From contig JASFYO010000036.1 in NCBI GenBank assembly GCA_045047305.1, positions 44,158-108,157 on the forward strand: DNA of 64,000 bases, given 5' to 3'. Shown here piece after piece: positions 18,249 through 28,090 of the stretch. Below the pieces are notes generated by a model. It saw only the letters and a list, made by a program, of their open reading frames with translations. It made no database searches and had not been told where the DNA came from. The number at the start of each line of letters is the position of its first letter. Position 1 is the first letter of the stretch. The translations under genes and the position numbers were made by a program. Source of the stretch: Planctomycetota bacterium (GTDB taxonomy: Bacteria > Planctomycetota > UBA1135).

Positions 18249-19975
18249 ACCGATTTCGCGATTTCTTCCGTCCACGCCGCTTCTACTTCCGCCATGAGAT
18301 CACCTAAGTGGTCGCCTCGTGGGTCGAACTTCAAGCCGGCGGCCTCGAACAGTTCCGGAAGCTTACGCGAGCCACCGAGAGCCAAACCTTCGACGTAACG
18401 GTCGACGGCTTCGCTCGGATTGTTGCGGTAGCGCACCCACAGCTGACAGGCGCCCATTTGCGCGAGCGCATATTCGATGTAGTAAAACGGCACTACAAAA
18501 ATATGCAATTGACGATGCCACAGCGTTGCGCGTTGCTCCGTTAACCCACTCCAATCAACGCCAGCGGAAAAGCGTTCCTGAATCGCCATCCATGCATCCC
18601 TCCGCTGCTCGCGCGTGTGATTTTCATGGGTGTAAATCCACTGCTGGAAGCCATCGACGGCAGCGACCCATGGAAAGGTAGTGGCCATGCCTTCTAAAGC
18701 GTGAATGCGGGTGCTGCGTGCATCAGCGGCAGGGTAGACCTCGGCGTAATGCTCGGTGGCCATGGCCTCCATCCCCATGGAGGCGACCTCGGCGAACTCT
18801 AGTGGTGGCATGCGATAAGCAACTGGCTCCAGGTCACGACACAGCAATCCGTTCAAGGCATGCCCGCCTTCATGCACTAAAGTTTCGACATCGCCGTGGG
18901 TGGTACCGGAATTAGCGAAGATGATCGGTACGCGGCGGCGTTCCAGGGTTTCCATAAAGCCACCCGGTGCTTTATGCGGGCGCGTTTCTAAATCGAGCAA
19001 TCCTTGCTCGAACATCCAGCGCAGTTCACTGCCGAAGGAATCACGCACACCCGACATCATCTTGGAGGCAACATCGACTTGGCCTTGTGCACTGGCAAAA
19101 GGTTCGAAAGCTTTATCCGATTCGGGATCGACGGCCAAATCCCACGGGCGCAGCGGATCCAACTGCAACAGTTCTTTACGTCGCGCGGACATGCGCCTCG
19201 CCACAGGCATCACGTACTTGGCGACATTCTCCTGAAACGCCAAACAATCTTCCGGGGTGTAATCAAACCGCGCTTTGGCTTCGTGCATATAGTCGCGGTA
19301 ATTATCAAAGCCAGCAATCTTTGCCTGACGCTGGCGCAACTCCATCAGATCCTCAAAAAGTGTCTCCAGTTTCTCCGCATCTGCCATGCGCCGTCCCGAG
19401 GTCGTGCGCCAACTCGATTCACGTACTTCACGGTCTGGACTCTCCGAGTACTTGGCCATGGCAGACAAGGTGTGCTCTTCCCCGTTGTACTCCACCATCA
19501 TCGCGCCCACGATGCGATCGTATTGATTGCTAAGTTTCTCTTCCTCGGCCTCCAATGCGACATTCTCCTCTCGAAACAAACGCACACCCAACTCAACCTC
19601 GCGGTCATACACCTCCCACTTCGAGGAATCCAGCTCCTTGCGAAATGGGCAATCCAAATACTTGCGATCTAAGCGGTCATCAATCGGCTTGATCAACGGC
19701 AAGGTAATGGTTTGGAAATCCATGTAAGACTTTTCCAAGGCTTCGTCATCTGTTTTGCACACGCTGGCATACATCCGCGCGACGGCTTCTTCGCCAATGC
19801 AACTATCCAACTCGGAGCGATCGAGAATCCACTTCTCTAAATCCCCGACCGAATGCAATTCGCGTTGCTCCAACTCCAATAACCATGGCTCCATGGCAGC
19901 AAAGTCGATGGGAGCAAAACCTTGCGGCAAGTAACGTAGTGCAGGAACGGGGTGGGAAATGGTGGATGGATTCAT
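18245..19975 (-). CDS. M3-family oligoendopeptidase (PepF-like)
   Basis: HEGGH zinc motif, EFAEVASMGME, KAPGG, HIFVVPFYYIEYALAQ. Confidence 0.93.
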   Translation of the reverse strand: MNPSTISHPVPALRYLPQGFAPIDFAAMEPWLLELEQRELHSVGDLEKWILDRSELDSCIGEEAVARMYASVCKTDDEALEKSYMDFQTITLPLIKPIDDRLDRKYLDCPFRKELDSSKWEVYDREVELGVRLFREENVALEAEEEKLSNQYDRIVGAMMVEYNGEEHTLSAMAKYSESPDREVRESSWRTTSGRRMADAEKLETLFEDLMELRQRQAKIAGFDNYRDYMHEAKARFDYTPEDCLAFQENVAKYVMPVARRMSARRKELLQLDPLRPWDLAVDPESDKAFEPFASAQGQVDVASKMMSGVRDSFGSELRWMFEQGLLDLETRPHKAPGGFMETLERRRVPIIFANSGTTHGDVETLVHEGGHALNGLLCRDLEPVAYRMPPLEFAEVASMGMEAMATEHYAEVYPAADARSTRIHALEGMATTFPWVAAVDGFQQWIYTHENHTREQRRDAWMAIQERFSAGVDWSGLTEQRATLWHRQLHIFVVPFYYIEYALAQMGACQLWVRYRNNPSEAVDRYVEGLALGGSRKLPELFEAAGLKFDPRGDHLGDLMAEVEAAWTEEIAKSV

Positions 19976-20967
19976 CGTTCTGCTTTGGATGGACGTTGCA
20001 TGAGGTTTTTGACCGCTTCTAGTGGGTTAGCCTCGTTAAAAAGAATTTCGTAAACCTGACGCGTGATCGGCATATCCACGCCCAGGTCATCGGCCGCAGT
20101 AAAGATCGCCTTACAGGTCCAAACACCTTCCGAGACTTTCTCGGTGCGTGCAAGTATGTCTTTGAGTTTTTCGCCTTTGCCGATGGCTTCGCCCAAAGAG
20201 CGGTTACGCGAGTGCTGGGAATAGCAGGTCACCATGAGGTCGCCGGAACCGGAAAGACCAAAGAAGGTTTCCTTCTGCGCGCCTTTCTCGACGCCAAAAC
20301 GCGCCATTTCTACTAAGCCGCGAGATACCAATGCGGCTTTTGCGTTATCGCCCAGGCCAACTCCATCGGCGATGCCAGCACCCAGTGCGATGATGTTCTT
20401 TAATGCACCACCGAGTTCTGCGCCAATCAAATCGTCGGAAGTGTAAACACGTAATGCTGCACTACTCAGGTGCGCTTGCGCCATGGCGGACATGGCCGAC
20501 GTATTTGCCGCTGCAACCACGGAAGTGGCTAGACCGCGCGCGGTTTCCTCGGCATGAGAAGGGCCGGTAACCACGCCAATGGGAATATCACTGCCGAGGA
20601 CATCGGCGATGATTTCAGTCGGGCGCTTAAGGGTGGAAAGTTCGAGGCCCTTGGATGCAGAGAAAATGGGAAAGCCAGCAAGGCGTCCGCCGAAAGATTC
20701 AAGAGTGGGGCGAATGAACTGGGTCGGGACCACCGAATACACATCCTCCACGCCGTCTAGGGCGGCATCCATGTCATGGGTCCAAAGGACGTCGGCAGGA
20801 ATTTCGATTCCAGGGAGATACTTGCGGTTATCCCGCGAGGCAGCAACCTCTGCGGTGTATTCCGGATCACGACCCCAAACGTGAACCTCTCTGCCAGCAC
20901 GATGCAAAGACATCGCTATGGCCATGCCCCAGCCGCCGTCGCCAATCACCAAACTTTTGCCCGACAT
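19972..20967 (-). CDS. gpsA: NAD(P)H-dependent glycerol-3-phosphate dehydrogenase
   Basis: IGDGGWG, SKGLE, GPSHAEE, GGALKNIIALGAG, GDNAKAAL, GDLMVTCYSQHSRN. Confidence 0.96.
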   Translation of the reverse strand: MSGKSLVIGDGGWGMAIAMSLHRAGREVHVWGRDPEYTAEVAASRDNRKYLPGIEIPADVLWTHDMDAALDGVEDVYSVVPTQFIRPTLESFGGRLAGFPIFSASKGLELSTLKRPTEIIADVLGSDIPIGVVTGPSHAEETARGLATSVVAAANTSAMSAMAQAHLSSAALRVYTSDDLIGAELGGALKNIIALGAGIADGVGLGDNAKAALVSRGLVEMARFGVEKGAQKETFFGLSGSGDLMVTCYSQHSRNRSLGEAIGKGEKLKDILARTEKVSEGVWTCKAIFTAADDLGVDMPITRQVYEILFNEANPLEAVKNLMQRPSKAER

Positions 20968-20971
20968 CTTC

Positions 20972-21550
20972 CTAGGTCTCCTTTCCTTGCATCATCTGCT
21001 TTAAGTTACTGCGATGGGTGAAGAATAAAAACAGGCCACCGCCTAGACCAAACCAAAAGATCCAAACGTGAGCATCGAAAGCCCAAGCCGCCAACGGCAA
21101 AGCCATGCCGAAGGCTAAGGAACCCAAAGCCACTAGGCCGAAAACTTTTTTCACCAGAATCCACGACAACCCAGCAGCCAAAAAAACTAGCGGGGCCAAG
21201 GCCAAAAAGGCACCACTCAAGGTCGCCACGCCTTTACCGCCGCGGAATCCATTCCAGAATGGAAGGATGTGCCCAACATAGGCACTTGCTCCAGCAACCA
21301 CACTAGCTTCGACTCCCCACAGCCAATCTGTCAGCAAAACCGGGAACAAGCCTTTGAACATGTCGAGCAGATACACCGCCAAACCTATCTTTTTTCCCAT
21401 AGCGCGAGCGGCATTGGTAGCACCAGGGTTACCGCTTCCGACCGCACGTAGGTCTACTCCTTTTGCTTTTGCAAAGAGCAAAGAAAAGGACACAGAACCG
21501 AGCAAATAGCTCGCAATTCCACTGCTAGTTAGCGTCATCCAGGGCGTCAT
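20972..21550 (-). CDS. plsY: Glycerol-3-phosphate acyltransferase PlsY
   Basis: YLLGS, GSGNPGATNAAR, DMFKG, GHILP, GGKGVAT, HRSN. Confidence 0.95.
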   Translation of the reverse strand: MTPWMTLTSSGIASYLLGSVSFSLLFAKAKGVDLRAVGSGNPGATNAARAMGKKIGLAVYLLDMFKGLFPVLLTDWLWGVEASVVAGASAYVGHILPFWNGFRGGKGVATLSGAFLALAPLVFLAAGLSWILVKKVFGLVALGSLAFGMALPLAAWAFDAHVWIFWFGLGGGLFLFFTHRSNLKQMMQGKET

Positions 21551-21668
21551 TGAGGGTCAGGATAACGTGGCGAAAACAAAAAAGACTTGACCCAATCTCA
21601 AACGACGCTATCAACATGCATTCACAGAGGATAATCCCCCCTGTCCATTAACCAATCAGAGAAGAATT

Positions 21669-21941
21669 TTGACTTACGTCATCGCCGAACCCTGCGTCAA
21701 CACTAAGGATACTGCCTGTGTTGATGTTTGCCCCGTAGAGTGCATTTACGAGACCGAGCCCGAGCCGGATCAAAGCACCCTCATGCTCCCGATGTTCATC
21801 CATCCGGATGAATGCATCGATTGTGGCGCCTGCGAGCCAGAGTGCCCCGTAGATGCGATTTTCCCAGAAGAAGATGTCCCAGATGACTGGGCACCATTCA
21901 TTCAGGCCAACGCAGACCTCGCCTCGGAAGCCGATATGTAG
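21669..21941 (+). CDS. Dicluster (7Fe-type) ferredoxin
   Basis: TYVIAEPCVNTKDTACVDVCPVECI and IHPDECIDCGACEPECPVDAI. TTG start. Confidence 0.93.
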   Translation: MTYVIAEPCVNTKDTACVDVCPVECIYETEPEPDQSTLMLPMFIHPDECIDCGACEPECPVDAIFPEEDVPDDWAPFIQANADLASEADM

Positions 21942-21998
21942 CCTGAGGGGCTTCACTGCCGCTCTCTAAGTGCTGGGCTCCTCCAGCGCACTCCGCAC

Positions 21999-22033
21999 AA
22001 AAAAGAAAACCGAGCTCCTTGCGGGGCCCGGTT
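21999..22033 (-). terminator. Intrinsic terminator of tRNA-Gly, possibly bidirectional
   Basis: Minus strand reads AACCGGGCCCC-GCAA-GGAGCTCGGTT followed by TTCTTTTTT. Confidence 0.75.
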
Positions 22034-22041
22034 CCTTTTTT

Positions 22042-22117
<76 letters not shown>

Positions 22118-22133
22118 GTGGTTGAGGGGCGAA

Positions 22134-22162
22134 AAGATACGCCACCCCGCACTCATTGTCAA
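22134..22162 (-). promoter_or_regulatory. Sigma70-type promoter of tRNA-Gly
   Basis: TTGACA-N17-TATCTT on the minus strand, ending 16 nt before the tRNA. Confidence 0.7.
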
Positions 22163-23208
22163 CGACCTCTTGCTGGAGAATCTTGAGACAAAAGGAAGCG
22201 TGGTTCTTCACCTTGCAAGCCGAACAGCTCCACCGCTCTTCTTTGGACCAATTCCTGGACATCTTGCAGCTCGCGATCGGCCAGGCTGATCTGTCCACCA
22301 GCCATGCGGCCGTGACCGCCACAGGCGCCCTCCTCTCCGATGATAAAGCGAAGAGCTGGGTATGCATCGGCGTCAGGCATGTCGCAGCGCAAGGAGAGCT
22401 GGTAACGGCCGTCACAGGCGCCACCGGCGAGCGACCATTGTTGGCCTTCAAGGCGCAAAAACCAGTCAGCCACTTCGGCGACCGCTTCGGGGCTCTGGAC
22501 TTCCCCCATTAAGGTTAAAAGCAGGCGGCCGAAATCCTGGCAAGAATCCATCGCCACGCGCATTTGCTGAAAATATTTCCGTGTCAGGGGCGGCTGATCA
22601 ATCGCGCCAATGATTTGACGGTCAGCCAGCTTTTCTAAATGACGAAAGGCCTGTTCATCGAACTCGGTTGCACCACGGAGCAGATTGTTGGTGTCATAAC
22701 GCACTCCGCAGTACAAAGCGGTGGCGGTGCGTTTATCCGGCTCTACGCCATAGTGCTGCAGCAGAAAGAAAACCATGGTTGAGGTGGCTCCATAGGAAGA
22801 ATCCACCCACTTCCACGGATACTCCTCCGTCTTTTCACCGTCTCCTTCTGCCGCAGGCCCATCATGGTGATCAATGATGCCGAGCACAGGTAAAGCACCG
22901 GGCGGATGGGTGTGGCTAAATCCAGGTTGCGAATCCACCACCAAAATGCCCTGAAAATCGGCCGGATCGACCCCACCTTTCGGCAGAGCTTTAATCGCCA
23001 GCAGTTTGCGCATGGCGACGTTTTCTGCTCGGCGAATGCGCCCTTCCAGAACTAAGCTCGACTGCAGGCCGAACTTCTTCTCGAGCAGATACTCCAAACC
23101 CACAATCGCTCCCAATCCATCTGGATCTGGGTGACGGTGGGTGCATAAGACGAGGGCTCCTGAGGAGGGAAGCACCTCGGCGAAGCGGCTTAAAAGCTCT
23201 TCTTTCAT
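22159..23208 (-). CDS. DHH-family phosphoesterase (NrnA-like)
   Basis: HRHPDPDGLG, VVDSQ, IIDHH, GATST, CGGHGRMAGG. Confidence 0.9.
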   Translation of the reverse strand: MKEELLSRFAEVLPSSGALVLCTHRHPDPDGLGAIVGLEYLLEKKFGLQSSLVLEGRIRRAENVAMRKLLAIKALPKGGVDPADFQGILVVDSQPGFSHTHPPGALPVLGIIDHHDGPAAEGDGEKTEEYPWKWVDSSYGATSTMVFFLLQHYGVEPDKRTATALYCGVRYDTNNLLRGATEFDEQAFRHLEKLADRQIIGAIDQPPLTRKYFQQMRVAMDSCQDFGRLLLTLMGEVQSPEAVAEVADWFLRLEGQQWSLAGGACDGRYQLSLRCDMPDADAYPALRFIIGEEGACGGHGRMAGGQISLADRELQDVQELVQRRAVELFGLQGEEPRFLLSQDSPARGR

Positions 23209-24053
23209 GAGGGAAGTCGCGACTCTAAAGTCGTCCGGGCTTCTGCCAGGACCTCACCAGGATACGACGGCGCAACCGCCAAGATGCGCGTGGAGGTCCG
23301 GGGAAGGTAGTCAGCAACCAAGCTCCAATCGACTTGGCCGATGCCAGGTGGTAAGTGATCTGCCCCGCCTGCGAAGTCATGCAAAGTACTTCCATGCAAT
23401 GAGTTAGAGAATCTATCCAGCCATTCACCTGGATGCTCCAAGCCGCCTGCATGACGCTTTTCCAAGAGCCCAGAATCGTGCCAAAATCCTATTTTCAAAT
23501 CCCGAATTTCATGCAGCAAAAGCTCCATCCGGGCAGGATTCAACAAGCTAGCAGCGGAGGCTTCAGGGCAAATCGCGATGCGCAAACCTGCTGCGCTACG
23601 TCGTAACTCGTGTAGGTACCCCGCAAACCGCTCCAGCTGGCGCTCCGACTCCAACTCTGACTGGACTAAAATTTCCTCAACCACCTCTTCTTCCGGCTGA
23701 ATACGCTCTCCAGCATGGACCCGTGCCAAAAGCTTGCCAGCGCGCAAACGCAAGGCGGCGCGTGAGTCGAGCCCCGCAGGAACCACGACCTGACTGCAAG
23801 AATGGCACTTGAGTGAGCGCAAAGTGACGCTAATCGGCACCTCTTGCCACAGGGGTAGCTCTTCTTTGCCCTCTCCTAGTGCCGACAGACTTAGAGCCGA
23901 AACGTAGTTGGGGGCTTGGAGGCCAGATACAGATCCTGCCAAAGGGCCGGGGCGGAACATGCCCAAACCGCGGAATCCATGCATCCGTGCTTGCTCCAAC
24001 TGCCCTAAAAGACCGTCAGATTGGGTTCCGAACCATAGGTTGGCGAGTTCCAT
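23205..24053 (-). CDS. Sugar-phosphate isomerase/AP-endonuclease-2 TIM-barrel protein, divergent
   Basis: IGFWHDSG, LHD...DHLPPGIGQVDW. ATG at 24053 preceded by GAGGAA. Confidence 0.65.
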   Translation of the reverse strand: MELANLWFGTQSDGLLGQLEQARMHGFRGLGMFRPGPLAGSVSGLQAPNYVSALSLSALGEGKEELPLWQEVPISVTLRSLKCHSCSQVVVPAGLDSRAALRLRAGKLLARVHAGERIQPEEEVVEEILVQSELESERQLERFAGYLHELRRSAAGLRIAICPEASAASLLNPARMELLLHEIRDLKIGFWHDSGLLEKRHAGGLEHPGEWLDRFSNSLHGSTLHDFAGGADHLPPGIGQVDWSLVADYLPRTSTRILAVAPSYPGEVLAEARTTLESRLPS

Positions 24054-24204
24054 TTCCTCATTTTCGCCAAAATTTGCCGTACTGGGAAGCAATTCTGGCC
24101 GCCAATGAGGATTGGGATTCCCCCAGGCCGTAATTTTTCTCTAAAATAGGGACACTTCGGCTAATTGACGCGGAATAATCCGCCCCATCCGAAGTCTAAG
24201 AAAC

Positions 24205-24888
24205 ATGATTCGATTCCTTCTGCCCGTTCTTCTTCTGGCGTTTGGCTCTTGCCAAGTCCCAAACCAAAGCAGTAAAGCTTCTTCCACTCAGGCCGCCATG
24301 GCTGTGGAAGTTGCTGACGATGCAGCTTGTACCGACTATGAAGAGGCAACCAGCGCCTCCATGGAAGCACCAAGCGATTGTTGTGGCGCGGATGCCGATG
24401 TCACCGCCACCGCTATGGCAGCTGAGAGCGATTGCTGCTCCGAAGGTGCTGAAGTGGCCATGGCCGCCAACATGGATGCATGCGCAATGCAAGCCGCTGG
24501 TGTCTGCGCAGACGGAGACGACTGCCCAATGCAAGCTGCTGGCAACGAAGATTGCGACATGATGGGCACCAAAGATTGCCCTATGGAGCAAGCCAAAGCG
24601 AAGGCTGCTGCTGCAGCTGCTGTCCAAGCAAGCCTGATCATGGGTGAAGGCTGCTGCGCCGGCAAAACCGTCGCAGAAGCTTGTCCTGATTGTGCTGCCA
24701 AAGCAACTGCTGCTGCAATGAAGCAGTGCGAAGGTATGGACCCAGCCGAGTGCGAAGCTAAAGGTGGATGTCCAAGTATGGAGGCTCCGGCTTCTGTGAA
24801 GACTGGTGCGACCGAAGCCACTCAGGCTGGTGCCGCAAAGGAAGACTCCTCTTGCTGCTCTAGCAAGTCTGCTGAACCTTCTAACTAA
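24205..24888 (+). CDS. Cys/Met/Ala-rich predicted lipoprotein, putative metal-binding
   Basis: Lipobox-like LLLAFGSC; 20 Cys including four CC pairs; followed by a strong terminator. Confidence 0.75.
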   Translation: MIRFLLPVLLLAFGSCQVPNQSSKASSTQAAMAVEVADDAACTDYEEATSASMEAPSDCCGADADVTATAMAAESDCCSEGAEVAMAANMDACAMQAAGVCADGDDCPMQAAGNEDCDMMGTKDCPMEQAKAKAAAAAAVQASLIMGEGCCAGKTVAEACPDCAAKATAAAMKQCEGMDPAECEAKGGCPSMEAPASVKTGATEATQAGAAKEDSSCCSSKSAEPSN

Positions 24889-24902
24889 GCTTCTTCAACC
24901 AC

Positions 24903-24943
24903 AAAAACCGTCACCCGTTTACGCGGGTGACGGTTTTCTTTTT
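24903..24943. terminator. Bidirectional intrinsic terminator between the lipoprotein gene and purB
   Basis: AAAACCGTCACCCG-tttacg-CGGGTGACGGTTTT followed by CTTTTT. Confidence 0.85.
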
Positions 24944-24957
24944 GCAGCAACAGCAGC

Positions 24958-26397
24958 TCAAACCTTAATCCCGCCTTCTGGAACCGAAACGTCGGAACGC
25001 TCGGCAAGCACTGGCGCGACCACTTCCTGCAAGTACTCCTCCACCTGTTCTGGGGCGCGTCCAACGAAGTGCTTAGGGTCGACGAGATCGTGGAGCGTAT
25101 CCGCAACCGCCGCAAAAGCAGGGTCGGCAGCAATACGTTCGAGCAAATCGTTTTGTCCATCCCCTGCCTTCAAGCGGAAGGCGGCCTCATGACTATGCAC
25201 GCGAATCAACTCATGCAGCTCCTGGCGATCGCCGCCGGCCTGAACACACGCCATCAAAATCGATTCCGTAGCCATGAAAGGCATCTCCTTCGCTAAGTTT
25301 TGCCCGATGACATTTGGATAAGGCACCAAACCCGAAGCCACGTCCTGTACTAGCAGCAAAATAGCATCGGCAGCAAGGAAGGACTCAGGAATCACAATGC
25401 GTCGGTTGGCCGAGTCATCCAAAGTGCGTTCCATCCACTGATTCGATGCCGTATCCAAAGCGTTCGGCGCCAAATGCAAAAGGTAGCGCGACAATGCGCC
25501 AATACGTTCACTGCGCATAGGATTACGTTTGTAAGGCATCGCGGAAGAACCAATCTGCTTCTTGCCAAATGGCTCCTCCAACTCGCGACGATGAGCCATG
25601 AGGCGGACGTCGACGGCAAATTTGGAGGCGGATGCTGCAATACCAGAGACCGCGTTCAGCACCACGCCATCCCATTTGCGCGGGTAGGTTTGCCCACAAA
25701 CGGAAACACTACGCGAGAAACCCATGCGCTTGGTAATGCGCTCGTCCAACTCCCGCACTTTTTTGTGGTCGCCATCGAATAGCTGCAAAAAGGAAGCCTG
25801 GGTGCCTGTAGTTCCCTTGACGCCACGGAATGGCAGGCGTGCAAGCGCATCCTCCACCTCTTCCAAGTCGAGCATGAAATCTTGCAGCCACAAGCAAGCA
25901 CGCTTGCCCATAGTGGTTGGCTGTGCCGGCTGAAAGTGAGTGAACCCCAAAACCGGCAAATCCTTTTGTTCACGGACAAACCCAGAGAGCGCCCGAATCA
26001 CACCGACTAGGCGTGCGCGTAGAATTCCTAAACCGCGTTGCATGCAAACCAAATCGGCGCCATCGGCCACGTAACAAGAAGTGGCACCTAGGTGGATGAT
26101 CGGCATGGCTGCTGGAGCTTTTTCTCCATAAGCATGCACATGAGCCATGACATCGTGACGCAACTCGCGTTCGAGATCCGCAACCCGATCGAAATCGATG
26201 TCTTCTCGTGCGTCCTTAAGCTCCTGCACCTGTTCCGCGCTGATGGCGAGGCCAAGCTCGCGTTCGCTTTCAGCAAGAGCAATCCAAAGATCGCGCCAGA
26301 CTAAGGACCGGCTGCGGTAGGAAAAGTTTCTCTGCATGGCGCTACTGGCGTAGCGGGTGGCGAGTGGAGAAGAGTAGGTGTCGTGGGTGTCCGTCAT
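24958..26397 (-). CDS. purB: Adenylosuccinate lyase (eukaryote-like subtype)
   Basis: YSSPLATRYAS, RHDVMAHVH, IIHLGATS, FTHFQPAQPTT, GSSAMPYKRNPMRSE, ERTLDDSANRR. Start at 26397 overlaps the upstream stop. Confidence 0.96.
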   Translation of the reverse strand: MTDTHDTYSSPLATRYASSAMQRNFSYRSRSLVWRDLWIALAESERELGLAISAEQVQELKDAREDIDFDRVADLERELRHDVMAHVHAYGEKAPAAMPIIHLGATSCYVADGADLVCMQRGLGILRARLVGVIRALSGFVREQKDLPVLGFTHFQPAQPTTMGKRACLWLQDFMLDLEEVEDALARLPFRGVKGTTGTQASFLQLFDGDHKKVRELDERITKRMGFSRSVSVCGQTYPRKWDGVVLNAVSGIAASASKFAVDVRLMAHRRELEEPFGKKQIGSSAMPYKRNPMRSERIGALSRYLLHLAPNALDTASNQWMERTLDDSANRRIVIPESFLAADAILLLVQDVASGLVPYPNVIGQNLAKEMPFMATESILMACVQAGGDRQELHELIRVHSHEAAFRLKAGDGQNDLLERIAADPAFAAVADTLHDLVDPKHFVGRAPEQVEEYLQEVVAPVLAERSDVSVPEGGIKV

Positions 26398-26891
26398 CGG
26401 AAGAAGGAAAGTGGAAGTTCCGGAGCAAAGGAAGGCAGGCAATTCCATGCCAAACCCAAAGCTAGAAGGAATACCAAAGGGATCGCATGGTGGCGAATCC
26501 ACTGTGGTGTCTGCGAGAGATGAGCGACGTAGGCGCCACAAAAGGCACCGTAACCATCACTTCCGAGATCCCACAGAGAAGAAGATCGGTCGCCGACATA
26601 GCCTTGATGAAGTTCGTCCAGAACTCCAATACTGAGTGCGAAAACCACAGCCAAGCTCCAGTCGGCAAGAGAATTGCTGGGGCGCTTTAGCGCGAGTAAC
26701 AAGCTTAAACCAACACCGGCGTACATAGGTTGATGCAGCAGGTTGGTAAAATAAGACCAAGCGCCGCCAGCACTTGCAGGTCGGTAGCCGCCGGGTAGAC
26801 CACCCAGGATATAGATGGCAAGTAGAGCGCCCAGACACGCAGCGATGCGCACCGACTTAGGAAGTTCTAGGAGCCGGTCGTAGCGCATCAT
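26394..26891 (-). CDS. VanZ-family membrane protein
   Basis: NLLHQPMYAG, GVLDELHQGYVGDRSSSLWDLGSD. Confidence 0.8.
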   Translation of the reverse strand: MMRYDRLLELPKSVRIAACLGALLAIYILGGLPGGYRPASAGGAWSYFTNLLHQPMYAGVGLSLLLALKRPSNSLADWSLAVVFALSIGVLDELHQGYVGDRSSSLWDLGSDGYGAFCGAYVAHLSQTPQWIRHHAIPLVFLLALGLAWNCLPSFAPELPLSFFR

Positions 26892-27748
26892 GCGACAATC
26901 GGCTGCAAAAGCATCGAAAGGTCTAGCGCTGGAACCGAATGAGTCAAACCGCCCATGGAAACGCGATCGATCCCCATGGCTTCAAGGTCGGAGAGCTCAT
27001 CGATGGAATAGCCACCGCTTGCTTCTAACTCGGCTTGAGGAAATTCCTTGCGCAGCCTAACCGCGACATCGCGCAGAGCTTCGCCTTGGAAATTATCCAG
27101 TAACACATAAGCAGCACCTGCCGCAAGGGCTGCACGCGCTTGCTCATAGGTTTCCGCTTCAATGCCCACTTTACGTCCGCCGGCATGCTGGATCGCAGCA
27201 ACGACTGTATCCGCATAACTCAAACCAGAAAGCGCAAAGTGATTCTCCTTGAGCAGCAGTTGATCTTCCAAATCACGCCGATGATTCTCGCCACCGCCTA
27301 ATACGACAGCTTCTTTCTGCGCATCGCGTAACAGCGGAACGGTTTTTCGAGTATCCAAAACTCGCACAGCCCCTGCATTCGCTACAGCCTTTGCGGTTTG
27401 CGTTGCGACACCACTAAGTTGCTGCATGAAGTTCAAGGCGGTGCGTTCCGCAGCAAGAATGCCGACGGCAGAGCCGGTGCAGCTAAGCACCTTTTCTCCG
27501 GCAATCACAGCATCTCCATCTTGCTTCCACCACTGGATATCCATGCTGGGATCACATTGAAGCAAAGCAGCATCAGCGTAAATGCAGCCAGCTAAAACCC
27601 CATCTGCACGGGCAATAATCTGTGCTGTGGCACGCGCAGTCGGCGGCACGACTGCCGAGGATGTGGCATCTACCGTCGCATGATCTTCCTCGAGAGCCAA
27701 AGCCACCATGCGAGTGACAGCCTCGAGGCGTTCAGAACCCCTATTCAT
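26888..27748 (-). CDS. nadC: Quinolinate phosphoribosyltransferase (nicotinate-nucleotide diphosphorylase)
   Basis: ERTALNF, LDTRKT, GGGENHR, LLKENH, VLLDNF, LEASGG. Confidence 0.95.
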   Translation of the reverse strand: MNRGSERLEAVTRMVALALEEDHATVDATSSAVVPPTARATAQIIARADGVLAGCIYADAALLQCDPSMDIQWWKQDGDAVIAGEKVLSCTGSAVGILAAERTALNFMQQLSGVATQTAKAVANAGAVRVLDTRKTVPLLRDAQKEAVVLGGGENHRRDLEDQLLLKENHFALSGLSYADTVVAAIQHAGGRKVGIEAETYEQARAALAAGAAYVLLDNFQGEALRDVAVRLRKEFPQAELEASGGYSIDELSDLEAMGIDRVSMGGLTHSVPALDLSMLLQPIVA

Positions 27749-28076
27749 CCCTATATTCTAACGAAGCGTACCAAGCCGCTACATCCCTAGCTGTAGTCTC
27801 CCCGACGCCAGGAAGGAGTGCCAAGCGTGGTGGCGTAAGTGGCAGCTGCAAGAAAGCCCGATGCTCCACAATCTGACCAGCACGGTAGGCCCCAACTCCT
27901 GGCAACCAACTGAGACGCAAGGCGTCGTCGTGGGCGAGGTCTGGGACCAAAGTTTCGGGACCACCACCGGGGGCGGTCCAGCCGGGCAAGCGTTCTGCAT
28001 GGGGTAATGCAACACCACGGATGGCGGCAAGCAGTAACAGGGCGGCAAGCAAGATGTCGTGGGTCCAATTGTGCAC
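27741..28076 (-). CDS. Small membrane-anchored helix-hairpin-helix protein (ComEA-like)
   Basis: N-terminal hydrophobic helix; two HhH motifs, LSWLPGVGAYRAGQIV and LALLPGVGETTARDV. Confidence 0.75.
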   Translation of the reverse strand: MHNWTHDILLAALLLLAAIRGVALPHAERLPGWTAPGGGPETLVPDLAHDDALRLSWLPGVGAYRAGQIVEHRAFLQLPLTPPRLALLPGVGETTARDVAAWYASLEYRDE

Positions 28077-28090
28077 CCAATGAAGACGAC

